Shown: in pieces, positions 1 through 9,309 of the stretch | Layout of the letters: every line of letters starts with the position of its first letter | How positions within the stretch are numbered: position 1 is the first letter of the stretch | Origin: Patescibacteria group bacterium | GTDB lineage: Bacteria; Patescibacteriota; Saccharimonadia; Saccharimonadales; Saccharimonadaceae | Direction of reading: 5' to 3' | Assembly (NCBI GenBank): GCA_035494435.1 | Contig: DATJGX010000028.1 | Location: 1-53,743 of the forward strand | DNA: 53,743 nt | Notes under the pieces: model-generated | The model's input: only the letters and a program-made list of their open reading frames with translations | Database searches by the model: none | What the model was told of the DNA's origin: nothing | Translations under genes and position numbers: made by a program

Positions 1-320
1 ATCTCGACTCGGCCCGTCGACACCAGCGCTCGAAAATCTTCGATGACATCTGGCGCCCAGCGCTCTGCCTGCTCGATGAAAGTGCCTGTAATACTCAGTG
101 ACACCTTAAAATCAGGGTGTGTATCGAGAAGGCGTTTTAGCAGCGCATTCATTGGTCGGTAAGATTTATCGGCAACCTTCGCAAGCACACGGCCGTTGTT
201 GCGATCGTCTTCGCCATTGCCGTCGAAATAATCGTGATGAAACGCGGTATCGAATACCGAGTAGTCACGCACGCGCCATGGCTGATGTACGTGTAGGTAA
301 AGCGTTATGCCGCGCTTCAC
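1..320 (-). CDS. Glycoside hydrolase family 57 (alpha-amylase/branching-enzyme-like), N-terminal part; the gene runs off the window
   Basis: Minus-strand translation from GTG at 320 gives VKRGITLYLHVHQPWRVRDYSVFD...KVSLSITGTFIEQ, which is a GH57-type N-terminus with the HQP motif. The GTG overlaps the upstream TGA (GTGA). Confidence 0.6.
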   Translation of the reverse strand, partial: MKRGITLYLHVHQPWRVRDYSVFDTAFHHDYFDGNGEDDRNNGRVLAKVADKSYRPMNALLKRLLDTHPDFKVSLSITGTFIEQAERWAPDVIEDFRALVSTGRVE

Positions 321-1498
321 GAGCTAACTCCTGTACGTAACGTCGTGTAGGTCGCGAGGCATTTCGTGGCAACATCGTTCCATGACAACTTCAGGTATTC
401 TGACTTTGCCGCCTGCCGAAGTGACGAAAGCAGGGCTGGTGACGTGGCGACAGCGATCAGCTGGTCGGCAAGGCGATCGACGTCCCAGAAATCGTACCGG
501 AAGATACCTTTGAGCACTTCGCCGACGCCAGACTGTTTCGAGATAATCAAGGCATTGTTGAAGTGGGCTGCTTCGAGTGCGGTCAAGCCAAATGGTTCGC
601 TGACAGAACTCATGACAAATACGTCAGAGACACTGAAGGCGTCGCGCCACTGTTTACCTCGGATAAAGCCTGTAAAGAATACCTTGTCAGAAATACCTAG
701 TTCGGCCGCGAGTTCAAGAAGCTCGTCGCGTTGCTCGCCGTCGCCGGCAAACAAAAACGCCAGCTTGTCGTAGCGTTCGCAGGCACGAGCCGCAGCACGC
801 ATGAGTTGCGTCAGACCTTTTTGCACCGTAAAGCGCGTGACGGTGCTGACGATGGTGTAGCCTTCGTCTCGAAGCGTTTCGAGGTAACGATATGTTCGTT
901 GGTCATAATCGTACTCGAGTAGGGAATTGACATCGAGCGCGTTATGGACCACTTCGACTTTATCGGCAGGAATACCATATTTGCTGACGATGATCGCTTT
1001 GGTTATGTTGCTAACCGCAAAAATCCTATCAGCCATCATCAAACCCTGGTATTCGATTTCGTGAATCAGCGGGTTGCCACTATCGGACGCACTGCGGTCG
1101 AATTCGGTAGCGTGCACATGCACAATCAGCGGCAAGCCTGTCAGCTCTTTGGCTCGCATACCGGCTTCCATAGTTAGCCAGTCGTGCGCGTGCACCACAT
1201 CGTAGCTATTCTTTTGCACCAGCTCTTCGACATGCGCAATATAACTTGCTTGGATTTTTCGCAGCGAGCTGTAGCTTCGCGAATAGGCAAGTGTGCTTTC
1301 ACTGCGCTGATCAGGAATCTGGAGGGTGGCAGCATGGATTTTCATCCACTCGGTATCGGGGTGGTGTGCGTCGTAAGGCAACACAAAATCAATATCTACA
1401 CCAGCATGGGCAATCGCTTTTGCCATATGATAACAGGCGACACCGAGCCCGCCGCTGTTATGCGGAGGGAGCTCCCACCCAAGCATCAGTAGTTTCAT
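317..1498 (-). CDS. Family 1/GT4 glycosyltransferase (glycogen-synthase-like)
   Basis: 393-aa ORF. The N-terminus is MKLLMLGWELPPHNSGGLGV. The C-terminal half has the GT-B type SEPFGLT..EA motif. Confidence 0.8.
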   Translation of the reverse strand: MKLLMLGWELPPHNSGGLGVACYHMAKAIAHAGVDIDFVLPYDAHHPDTEWMKIHAATLQIPDQRSESTLAYSRSYSSLRKIQASYIAHVEELVQKNSYDVVHAHDWLTMEAGMRAKELTGLPLIVHVHATEFDRSASDSGNPLIHEIEYQGLMMADRIFAVSNITKAIIVSKYGIPADKVEVVHNALDVNSLLEYDYDQRTYRYLETLRDEGYTIVSTVTRFTVQKGLTQLMRAAARACERYDKLAFLFAGDGEQRDELLELAAELGISDKVFFTGFIRGKQWRDAFSVSDVFVMSSVSEPFGLTALEAAHFNNALIISKQSGVGEVLKGIFRYDFWDVDRLADQLIAVATSPALLSSLRQAAKSEYLKLSWNDVATKCLATYTTLRTGVSS

Positions 1499-1672
1499 TG
1501 TTATCGCGAGGCTACCCCGCCCCCACTCCTTGTATTTAGTGTTTTTCGTCTACGCCCAGTATAGTGCTTATGCCAAGGTAAATGCAAGGAATTTTAAGCG
1601 AATCGCGCCGCCTGCCAGAAAATAACACGATGCACGCCGTGCCCGGGCACGAAAACGTGCTTAAATAGTCAT

Positions 1673-2362
1673 ATGCCAATCGATAAAAATTCTCTGCCGC
1701 CGTACCTGCACTGGGTGTATAACTACCGCGCGTGGGTCGGTAAACTTGCCGTCGCACTGCTGCTTTTCTGGACGCCAGTCGTGATATTTTTCAAGACTGC
1801 CGACGAAATTCTCGAAGGCAAGCCGATCGGTGCGGACGTGGCGATACTGCAGTTCATTCACTCGCTGCAAAATGGTTTCCTCGACTGGTTTTTCTCGACC
1901 TTTACGAACATAGGTGGCGTGGTTGGCGTGGCCGTGCTTGTCGTCGGATTTATGGCACTGTATTTGTACCGCCGCGAATACCGACATGCGATCATCTTTT
2001 TCAGCTGTGTATCTGGTGCGATACTCGCGAACCTAGTCTTGAAGCTGATTTTTCAGCGCACACGTCCTGACCTGTGGACGCACCTTGTCACAGAAACGAG
2101 CTTTTCGTTCCCGAGCGGACACTCTATGGCCAGCTCAGCTATCGGTTTTGCGCTGATAGCGATTTACTGGAATACGAAGTACCGCTGGTTTGTCGTCGCG
2201 GCGGCGTTACTGTATGTACTATTCGTCGGCTTGTCGCGACTGTACCTCGGGGTGCATTATCCGACCGATGTCGTAGGCGGCTGGAGCGCCAGCGCCGCAT
2301 GGACTGCGGTGGTAGTGTACGTGACTGCAAGATATCATAAAAAAGTATCTGATACGAACTAA
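1673..2362 (+). CDS. PAP2-family membrane phosphatase
   Basis: 229 aa with several TM segments. PAP2 motifs are present: RxRP, PSGHS and SRLYLGVHYPTDV. Confidence 0.8.
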   Translation: MPIDKNSLPPYLHWVYNYRAWVGKLAVALLLFWTPVVIFFKTADEILEGKPIGADVAILQFIHSLQNGFLDWFFSTFTNIGGVVGVAVLVVGFMALYLYRREYRHAIIFFSCVSGAILANLVLKLIFQRTRPDLWTHLVTETSFSFPSGHSMASSAIGFALIAIYWNTKYRWFVVAAALLYVLFVGLSRLYLGVHYPTDVVGGWSASAAWTAVVVYVTARYHKKVSDTN

Positions 2363-2412
2363 GATAGGAAGACATATAGTTTAAATTTATGTATTTAAGT
2401 TATATTTAATGT

Positions 2413-3399
2413 ATGACAGATTCGCAAAAACAAGGACAAAAGAAAATACTGCACGTTGTTGCCATTGTAACAGCGTGGATTACAGTACCGGTTCTGGGAC
2501 TACTTTTACTAAGCATTACAACCTATGGTTCAAGGGTAAAACAAATTATTTTAACCCGAAACGAAAATCCAGATATATTTATACTGCCCTTAAATGCGCT
2601 ACTAGGAATTATGCTTATCACGTTGCTTTTAATCCTTGTTCATCGCTACAGAACAAAAACTTATATTTTTCATTTACGAATAGGGTTATTTATTGGGATT
2701 GGGATATACGCATTAATGTTCTTGGCTGCAATCGCTGCGGATATTTCACCACAAAAGGCCAGTGAACTAGATGTATGTACAAGCCCAAGAGATCAGTATA
2801 TGAGTCGCGGAGACGCAATAGTTCCGATAAGCACAGATTTAGGCTCAGGTACAGGATTTGCGATCGATAGTAAGGGAACGATTCTCACAGCCTATCACGT
2901 TGTAAAGGGTGCAAAATCAATTAATGCTAGCTACTCATCCGGTGAGCAGAAGATGAAACTGATCGATAAAGCGCCTCAGTATGATTTAGCCTTATTGAAG
3001 TTATCGAAGCCTACGTCCTCGTATTTCATACTGAGCGACACCTATACAACAGGTGACAATGTTTTCGCATACGGATATCCTGGTAATAGTCTTACGGCTG
3101 GCCCCCCTAGCTTAAGTACCGGTATAGTTTCACGAGTGGTAGACATTGCGTCGTTACGCATGACCGTTCAAAGTGCGCCGGATGGGTTAGAACTCATACA
3201 AACTGACGCCGCAATAAATCCAGGCAACTCAGGAGGGCCCTTGATAGGCGGTTGTGGTGTGATCGGTATAGTAAGCTTTGTTTCTGACACGAGTGCGCTA
3301 CATAAGTACACTGGCTCAGTTAGTGAACAAAACATCGGTTTCGCGATTAGCGCTCGTACCGCTGAAGCTGCGTTCCCAAAGAGAGTAAAACTAAAGTAG
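2413..3399 (+). CDS. Membrane-anchored trypsin-like serine protease (S1C/HtrA-like, no PDZ domain seen)
   Basis: 328 aa with an N-terminal TM region. The catalytic triad context is TAYHVV, DLALLKL and GNSGGPL. The gene is visibly AT-richer than its neighbours. Confidence 0.75.
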   Translation: MTDSQKQGQKKILHVVAIVTAWITVPVLGLLLLSITTYGSRVKQIILTRNENPDIFILPLNALLGIMLITLLLILVHRYRTKTYIFHLRIGLFIGIGIYALMFLAAIAADISPQKASELDVCTSPRDQYMSRGDAIVPISTDLGSGTGFAIDSKGTILTAYHVVKGAKSINASYSSGEQKMKLIDKAPQYDLALLKLSKPTSSYFILSDTYTTGDNVFAYGYPGNSLTAGPPSLSTGIVSRVVDIASLRMTVQSAPDGLELIQTDAAINPGNSGGPLIGGCGVIGIVSFVSDTSALHKYTGSVSEQNIGFAISARTAEAAFPKRVKLK

Positions 3400-3488
3400 T
3401 TTCAGACTCAGTGTAAGCGGTTGATAGTATAGCTTATAGCTCAGTCTCTACAAGGCCGAAAACTCCAATAAAAATCTGCCCCCTAGGA

Positions 3489-3506
3489 TGGCAGGGGTAG
3501 CAGGAC
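3489..3506. repeat. 18-nt exact direct copy of the 3' end of tRNA-Trp (tggcaggggtagcaggac)
   Basis: The string is identical to 3667-3684, which is the CCA, acceptor and T-stem 3' end of the tRNA read on the plus strand. Confidence 0.85.
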
Positions 3507-3666
3507 ATCGCTTCGCCCCTCCGCTTGCTTGCCGAGAAAATACCTACGGTGCTTTCTCGGACTGCGCGGCGCTTCGCCGAACCTCTTTTGCGCGCAAAAG
3601 GACGGTTCGAGACTTATTAGCTCAAGCCAAATTTAAAACTCCGAGACAAGCCCGAAGTTATAAATT

Positions 3667-3742
3667 TGGCAGGGGTAGCAGGACTCGAACCTACGACACC
3701 TGGTTTTGGAGACCAGTGCTCTACCAACTGAGCTATACCCCT
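3667..3742 (-). tRNA. trnW: tRNA-Trp (anticodon CCA), CCA encoded
   Basis: The reverse complement is AGGGGTATAGCTCAGTTGGTAGAGCACTGGTCTCCAAAACCAGGTGTCGTAGGTTCGAGTCCTGCTACCCCTGCCA. It folds as a cloverleaf with anticodon loop CTCCAAA. Confidence 0.9.
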
Positions 3743-3813
3743 ATAGCATGTAGTATTGTATCAATAAGCTGACAGATACGCCAGAGTGCAAAAAGCATGG
3801 TATAATAATCGTC

Positions 3814-4398
3814 ATGAAACAACTCCACGTATCGACTCCGCACTGTTTGATTGTGACCGGACTTCCTGGGAGCGGCAAAACAAAATTCGCAAGAGCGTTT
3901 GCTGACACATTTGGAGCACCTTTTTTTGACACGCCGGCCGTACGCTCATTTGTCAGTGAAGATTTTCCGGCTGACGATTTGGTCAATGAATTGATTTCAC
4001 AATTTATGCGCACCAAAGCAACGCTCGTCATTGAAACGGGCGCTGGCAGCCGTATCGAGCGCCAAGAGCTCGTCAAGCATGCCAAGGCAAACGGCTACAC
4101 GCCGCTCGTTGTCTGGGTACAGACCGACCCGAGCATTGCACGACGCCGGGCGACGGTTTCGACCCGCGAACATGCTGCAGTCTATGACGATGCTAGCTTT
4201 GATCGCACCGCACGTAAGTTCACGCCGCCGAACGAGACAGAGCCAACCTGCGTGATCAGCGGCATGCACACCCAGGCATCGCAGCTTCGGGTCGTACTAA
4301 AACGCATTACCCATGCGACTGGTCGCGACCGCGTAACGATTACACCCCTTGAACGTTCGATCGAATCGGCTAGTTCGAGCCGACGACTCGTACAATAG
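3814..4398 (+). CDS. P-loop NTPase/kinase-like protein (AAA_33/zeta-toxin-like fold)
   Basis: 194 aa with Walker A motif VTGLPGSGKTKFA near the N-terminus. Confidence 0.6.
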   Translation: MKQLHVSTPHCLIVTGLPGSGKTKFARAFADTFGAPFFDTPAVRSFVSEDFPADDLVNELISQFMRTKATLVIETGAGSRIERQELVKHAKANGYTPLVVWVQTDPSIARRRATVSTREHAAVYDDASFDRTARKFTPPNETEPTCVISGMHTQASQLRVVLKRITHATGRDRVTITPLERSIESASSSRRLVQ

Positions 4399-4409
4399 GA
4401 AACAAGGCT

Positions 4410-5105
4410 ATGAGCGATTTTGTCGACGATGAACTGGGCGTCATCACCATAAAGCGCAATGCGCTCTCACGTTCGATTCGCATGCGGCTATCTGCCAGAG
4501 GCGACATCGTCGTATCGGCACCCAAACGTACGCCAATGGCATTTATTAAGCAGGCCATCAAGCGATCTCGCAAAGAATTACTCGGTATGCAGCAACAGTC
4601 GCGACCAGAACTATATGTACACGGCCAAGCACTCGGGCAAGCGCACACACTCGCGATCGTGACATCTGACCTGACCGACACCATTGATATCAAGCGCCGC
4701 GCGCAGGTATTGGTAGCGACCATACCTTCTCGATTTGATACCGCCAGCGACGAAGTCCAGGCGCGTATTCGCGACCACGTGGTGCCGTTACTACGAAAAG
4801 AGGCAAAGGCGTATTTACCGAAGCGGCTCGCCACACTAGCAAACCGGCATGGGTATACCTATAGTAGCGTTCGGTTCCCGCATGCCACGAGCCGATGGGG
4901 AAGTTGTAGTTCCACTGGAACGATTAGCCTCAACATCGCCCTCATGAAGTTACCACTCGAACTCATTGACTATGTGATACTGCATGAACTCGCACATACC
5001 GTGCACATGGATCATTCCAAACATTTCTGGCAAGAAGTGTCGAAGCTCGACGAGGCCTATACGTTGCATCGTGCGCAACTGAAGTCGTATTCGCCAATCG
5101 TGTAA
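4410..5105 (+). CDS. YgjP/DUF45-type metal-dependent hydrolase (M48-like HExxH)
   Basis: 231 aa. It has the motifs RWGSCS and ILHELAHTVHMDHSKHFW that are characteristic of the YgjP family. Confidence 0.7.
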   Translation: MSDFVDDELGVITIKRNALSRSIRMRLSARGDIVVSAPKRTPMAFIKQAIKRSRKELLGMQQQSRPELYVHGQALGQAHTLAIVTSDLTDTIDIKRRAQVLVATIPSRFDTASDEVQARIRDHVVPLLRKEAKAYLPKRLATLANRHGYTYSSVRFPHATSRWGSCSSTGTISLNIALMKLPLELIDYVILHELAHTVHMDHSKHFWQEVSKLDEAYTLHRAQLKSYSPIV

Positions 5106-5131
5106 AGTGCTTATGCTATACTGATTCTGAA

Positions 5132-6754
5132 ATGAAGCAGCATCGCCGTCTCGAGACGACTAGCCACCAACTCATGAGCGTCACGCGCCTCAGCAGCGTG
5201 CTTATTCCGTTCGCGACATTCGTATATCTTGTCGTGGCTTTTGCGGATTCGCACCTCAGTCTACGCTACGAAGACAAGCCGCTCATATTGCTGGCGTCGC
5301 TAGCATGGATCGTGCTCGGACTTATACTGACACAGGAAAAAACGCGCTACCGCATACAGACTATTCGCTGGCTGGCTGCATATCACACTATATTGGCACT
5401 CTTACTCGTCAGCGTGACAGGCTTCGGCGAGCCTGTCGTGTACCTATGGTCGGTACTATTACTTATCAGCTTTATATACTTTGGCTTCCGCGGTGTCACA
5501 TTGAGCACGGCGTCTCTTCTAGTAGTCGGCGCCCTCGACGGACTGTTATTTGGCACAGGCTACATGAACCTACTCGAGAACCTGGCGTACAGTCTGATTG
5601 TCGGCAGCATCGGTGCTATTGCCATCGGCATCGTTCGTGGAGCGAATACAGACCAAGCCGAAATTGATACGGCGCGTGCACAAGCCGAGCTGCAGCAAGG
5701 ACGTCTAACGACACTGGTTAACAACCTTACCGATGCGATTATCAACCTCGACTCAAGCGGCAAGATTATGCTGTACAACGCTGCGACGCTGAATCTGCTC
5801 GACACGAACACGTCGATCGACGGCCGATACATTGATGAAATCTTCAAGTTTCAAGACAAGACAGGCAAGCAGGTAAAGATGAGCAAAGAGCTCAAAAGCA
5901 TCAGTTCAGTGACCGTTCGCGACGACCTGCACACCGATATATCTGATGAGATCATGCGGCTCGAACTGACGATTTCACCGATCCGTACGACGTATAATAC
6001 GACCTTGTCGAAGAAGAATGCCGGCTGGATCGTAATCATTCGTGATATCACCGCAGCTAAAAGCCTTGAAGAAGAACGAGATGAGTTTATCAGCGTCGTC
6101 AGTCACGAGCTCCGAACGCCAATTACTGTCGCAGAAGGCACGATTAGCAACGTGCAGCTGATGATGGAGCGCGGCGTCAAGCGAGAAAAACTCGCACCGG
6201 CAATCACGACCGCGCATGATCAAATCGTCTTTTTGTCGAAGATGGTGAATGACCTTAGCACACTAAGCCGTGCCGAGCGCGGAGTAGGCGACGCAGCAGA
6301 AGACATAGATGTCGCCGAGCTGGTTCATGGCCTGTACAACGAATACCAGCCACAAGCCGAAGCAAAAGATCTCGCGCTTGATCTGCATATGCCACATACT
6401 GTCGGATCCGTTCACGCCAGCCCTCTGTACCTAAAAGAGCTGCTGCAGAACTTTATTACAAACGCAATCAAGTATACTCGTGAAGGCTCTGTGACAATCG
6501 ATGTAAAGGTCCGCAAAGACAGCGTACTGTTTACCGTGACTGACACCGGTATCGGCATTAGCAAGGCTGACCAAAAACGAATATTCGACAAGTTTTATCG
6601 TGCCGAAGATTATCGTACCCGCGAAACGAGCGGTACCGGCCTCGGACTATATGTGGCCGTCAAACTTGCCAAAAAACTGGGCACCAAAATATCTATGAAA
6701 TCACGACTGAATCACGGCTCGGCGTTTAGTGTCGCGTTGCCAATCGAAAAGTAA
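5132..6754 (+). CDS. Sensor histidine kinase (multi-TM N-terminus, PAS-like region, HisKA, HATPase_c)
   Basis: 540 aa. It has the H-box SHELRTPIT, an N-box NAIKYT, and G-boxes DTGIGI and GTGLGL. No response regulator is adjacent. Confidence 0.85.
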   Translation: MKQHRRLETTSHQLMSVTRLSSVLIPFATFVYLVVAFADSHLSLRYEDKPLILLASLAWIVLGLILTQEKTRYRIQTIRWLAAYHTILALLLVSVTGFGEPVVYLWSVLLLISFIYFGFRGVTLSTASLLVVGALDGLLFGTGYMNLLENLAYSLIVGSIGAIAIGIVRGANTDQAEIDTARAQAELQQGRLTTLVNNLTDAIINLDSSGKIMLYNAATLNLLDTNTSIDGRYIDEIFKFQDKTGKQVKMSKELKSISSVTVRDDLHTDISDEIMRLELTISPIRTTYNTTLSKKNAGWIVIIRDITAAKSLEEERDEFISVVSHELRTPITVAEGTISNVQLMMERGVKREKLAPAITTAHDQIVFLSKMVNDLSTLSRAERGVGDAAEDIDVAELVHGLYNEYQPQAEAKDLALDLHMPHTVGSVHASPLYLKELLQNFITNAIKYTREGSVTIDVKVRKDSVLFTVTDTGIGISKADQKRIFDKFYRAEDYRTRETSGTGLGLYVAVKLAKKLGTKISMKSRLNHGSAFSVALPIEK

Positions 6755-6843
6755 TCGCACACTTTACAAGCTATTTTCGATGGGGTATAGTAATACTTGA
6801 CAGTCTGGCCTAAACCAGACTTTTTAAATTGGGAGTAATATCT

Positions 6844-7287
6844 GTGGCGAAATCGACCAAAAAGAACACACCGGCAAAATCAGCAAAGTCGAGCACATCG
6901 ACGAAAGTGACCCGTATTTCGGCTAGCGATAGTCGTCCGAAGCCAGCAAAAAAGGCTCCGGCAAAATCACACGCGCTCACTTCGAAAGAAAAAGCGGACA
7001 TTACTGAAAACAAGCCGATGAAGTCATGGAAATCCCGCTTCACGAAAGCGGAAGTCGACGAGCAGATGCGCGAAAAGCAAAGCGGCCGCAAACGCCGACC
7101 ATTGCGCGCAATGTCAGAATACTTCCGTGGCGCATGGTACGAGCTTCGCCAGGTTCGTTGGCCAGATCGTGCGACGACATGGCAGATGACAGGAGCGTTG
7201 ATCGGATTTACGGTGTTTATCGCGGTAGTTATTTTGCTACTCGACGCGCTATTTAAATATTTGTTTGAACTTATGATTGGTAAATAA
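6844..7287 (+). CDS. secE: Preprotein translocase subunit SecE with a long Lys-rich N-terminal extension
   Basis: The C-terminus YFRGAWYELRQVRWPDR followed by one TM segment is typical of SecE. GTG at 6844 lies 8 nt after GGGAG. The ORF track starts at TTG 6829. Confidence 0.75.
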   Translation: MAKSTKKNTPAKSAKSSTSTKVTRISASDSRPKPAKKAPAKSHALTSKEKADITENKPMKSWKSRFTKAEVDEQMREKQSGRKRRPLRAMSEYFRGAWYELRQVRWPDRATTWQMTGALIGFTVFIAVVILLLDALFKYLFELMIGK

Positions 7288-7300
7288 GGAGTAATCTACA

Positions 7301-7849
7301 ATGGCAAAAACGAATCGATATGATGATAGCAGAGCATGGTACGCAGTTCACACCTACTCTGGCTATGAAGAAAAAGTAGCTGATTCTATTCGTCAGCGTA
7401 TTCAGACCGTCGACATGGCTGACAAGATTTTCGACGTCATGGTACCGAAAGAAAAGCAAATTCAGATCAAAAACGGCAAACGTAAAGTCGTTGATGAAAA
7501 GATTTTCCAAGGCTACGTTCTCGTCGAAATGAAACTGACTGATGAAACATGGTACATTGTGCGAAACACGCCTGGTGTGACCGGATTTGTCGGCGCGAAC
7601 ACCACCCCAACTCCTGTATCAGAGAGTGAAATCACGAAGATCAAAAAGCGCATGGGCGTTGAAGATCCGAAACACCAGATTGACTTCAGCGAAGGCGAAG
7701 TTGTCAGTATCGTCGACGGTCCGTTCAAGGGCTTCGATGGCGCCGTATCAGAAATCGACACTGCAAAAGGCAAGTTGCGCGTTATGGTCAGCATGTTCGG
7801 TCGTGACACTCCAGTTGAACTTGATGCATTGCAGGTAAAGAAGGTCTAA
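7301..7849 (+). CDS. nusG: Transcription termination/antitermination factor NusG
   Basis: 182 aa. It has the WYAVHTYSGYE NGN domain and a C-terminal KOW region (GEVVSIVDGPFKGFDG). Confidence 0.9.
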   Translation: MAKTNRYDDSRAWYAVHTYSGYEEKVADSIRQRIQTVDMADKIFDVMVPKEKQIQIKNGKRKVVDEKIFQGYVLVEMKLTDETWYIVRNTPGVTGFVGANTTPTPVSESEITKIKKRMGVEDPKHQIDFSEGEVVSIVDGPFKGFDGAVSEIDTAKGKLRVMVSMFGRDTPVELDALQVKKV

Positions 7850-7851
7850 TC

Positions 7852-8082
7852 ATGGCATACGACGGCGAAACAACCCGACTAGTGCCTGGCGGCATATCAG
7901 TACACGATGTACTTGTCGATGACGCGAGTGCTCGCGCCCAGGAACGGCTCGCAAGCCGCGCCGTATTCATGAGCGAACAGGCTGATCTAGCCGACCGCAT
8001 CGCCGCTGGCACGGCAACCCCTGACGAAGAAGCCCGCTTCGCAAGCCGCCTCTCATTCGAAGTTGGACAAGGCTACAACTAA
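7852..8082 (+). CDS. Hypothetical protein
   Basis: 76-aa ORF that starts 2 nt after the nusG stop and is followed by a hairpin with a T-tract at about 8104-8135. No family recognised. Confidence 0.4.
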   Translation: MAYDGETTRLVPGGISVHDVLVDDASARAQERLASRAVFMSEQADLADRIAAGTATPDEEARFASRLSFEVGQGYN

Positions 8083-8157
8083 ATAGCCTCGTATCGGTTC
8101 ACTGCAAGCTCCTTCTAGGGGCTTGCATTTATTTAGAGAAGTTGTATAAATATACAG

Positions 8158-9192
8158 ATGATATCTATCGAAGCCTCGTTGGATAGTGAGCAACCGGACG
8201 TTGTACGCGCGTATCGCTATGCGCTCGGTGAGTTTGCACACGAACTTGCTCAGGTTCAGCCTGGTACGGTTGGGTTTGCCCTGTTTGTAGGCGAGCGTAA
8301 ACGATCGCATCGGCGAATAGGTGAGACCTCTGCCTCGCACACGACTGTCTTGACTGTTCCGGCAGTAGAGCCGGAATCGGAGCTACTGCGTTTTCAGCAC
8401 GCTGCAATTGAGAACCGCCAAGTAAACAATGCTGTCTCGACCGTCGGACGTCTCAGTCCAAAAGAAAGCGGACGCGTGCTCCCAAGTATCATGAATCCTC
8501 ATCACCTGACAGTCGCACATCTGGCGACGCTCGATCATAGGATTATTGCGCAGGCGGCGATTGATACACGGGCTGCCAAAACGATTAATCCCAATACGAT
8601 CGAAATATTTATGGCGAAACGCCAGAAGAAGCTCGGTCGGCTCGCCGCAGATTTATCTGATTTTATCGGGGCGCGCCAAGATTATGATGAGTTGTTCGGT
8701 ATCGACAACGAACCGGTGTATCCGAATGCGACACTCGTCGGTTTCGATATTACCGATTCGACCGCGCTGTCGGCTCGCGAGCACCGCAAGTTATTGCACT
8801 GGCTGGAAGCATTTGAATCGCAGCATGCCGGCGGTGCGGTTGAGCGAATCCAGTTTAGCGGCGATGGTGCATTCTACACCCGGCACATGGATGTATCAGA
8901 AGCCGAAGCTGCCGCCAGCACGAACGCGGTGCCTCCGCAAGCGGCGCATTTTGCTGCCAACCTACTCGATTCGTATGTAAACTCGGAGTACACGCAGTCT
9001 TTTCGCGACGATCACCCAGTACGAATTGCGGTTGCGAACGGTTGGCTAAGCGCCGAAGCTGGCATGGAGGTAGGTGATACGCTATGGGGCCTCGCACAGG
9101 TTCTAGAGACAATGCCGCGAACGAGTTCATCGATCGCCTACTCTCACACACGGCTCTCAAAGACGGGCGAAACGACGGATATACCGCTCTAG
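8158..9192 (+). CDS. Hypothetical protein whose C-terminal half resembles a class III nucleotidyl cyclase domain (tentative)
   Basis: 344 aa. The segments LVGFDITDSTALS, FSGDGAFY and VRIAVANGWL..G.EVGDTLWGLAQVLE are arranged like the metal-binding Asp and transition-state segments of cyclase homology domains. Confidence 0.5.
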   Translation: MISIEASLDSEQPDVVRAYRYALGEFAHELAQVQPGTVGFALFVGERKRSHRRIGETSASHTTVLTVPAVEPESELLRFQHAAIENRQVNNAVSTVGRLSPKESGRVLPSIMNPHHLTVAHLATLDHRIIAQAAIDTRAAKTINPNTIEIFMAKRQKKLGRLAADLSDFIGARQDYDELFGIDNEPVYPNATLVGFDITDSTALSAREHRKLLHWLEAFESQHAGGAVERIQFSGDGAFYTRHMDVSEAEAAASTNAVPPQAAHFAANLLDSYVNSEYTQSFRDDHPVRIAVANGWLSAEAGMEVGDTLWGLAQVLETMPRTSSSIAYSHTRLSKTGETTDIPL

Positions 9193-9309
9193 ACCACCGC
9201 TGTAGCCTAGACAAACCACACATTATTTGCTATACTTTTCCTGTTACGCACTGCAAAATGCTTCAACTATTTAGCAGTAAACTCGAAACGATAAGGAATT
9301 TATACTCAT

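Noticed and set aside
3400-3488. A tatagctcagt string at about 3440-3452 that resembles the D-arm of tRNA-Trp, in inverted orientation
   Set aside because: Only 11 nt match and the similarity stops on both sides, so it cannot be distinguished from chance. It is not called as a tRNA fragment.
3488-3772. Track ORF 3488-3772 (+)
   Set aside because: It runs through the tRNA-Trp gene and the att-like spacer. It has no RBS and the peptide is implausible.
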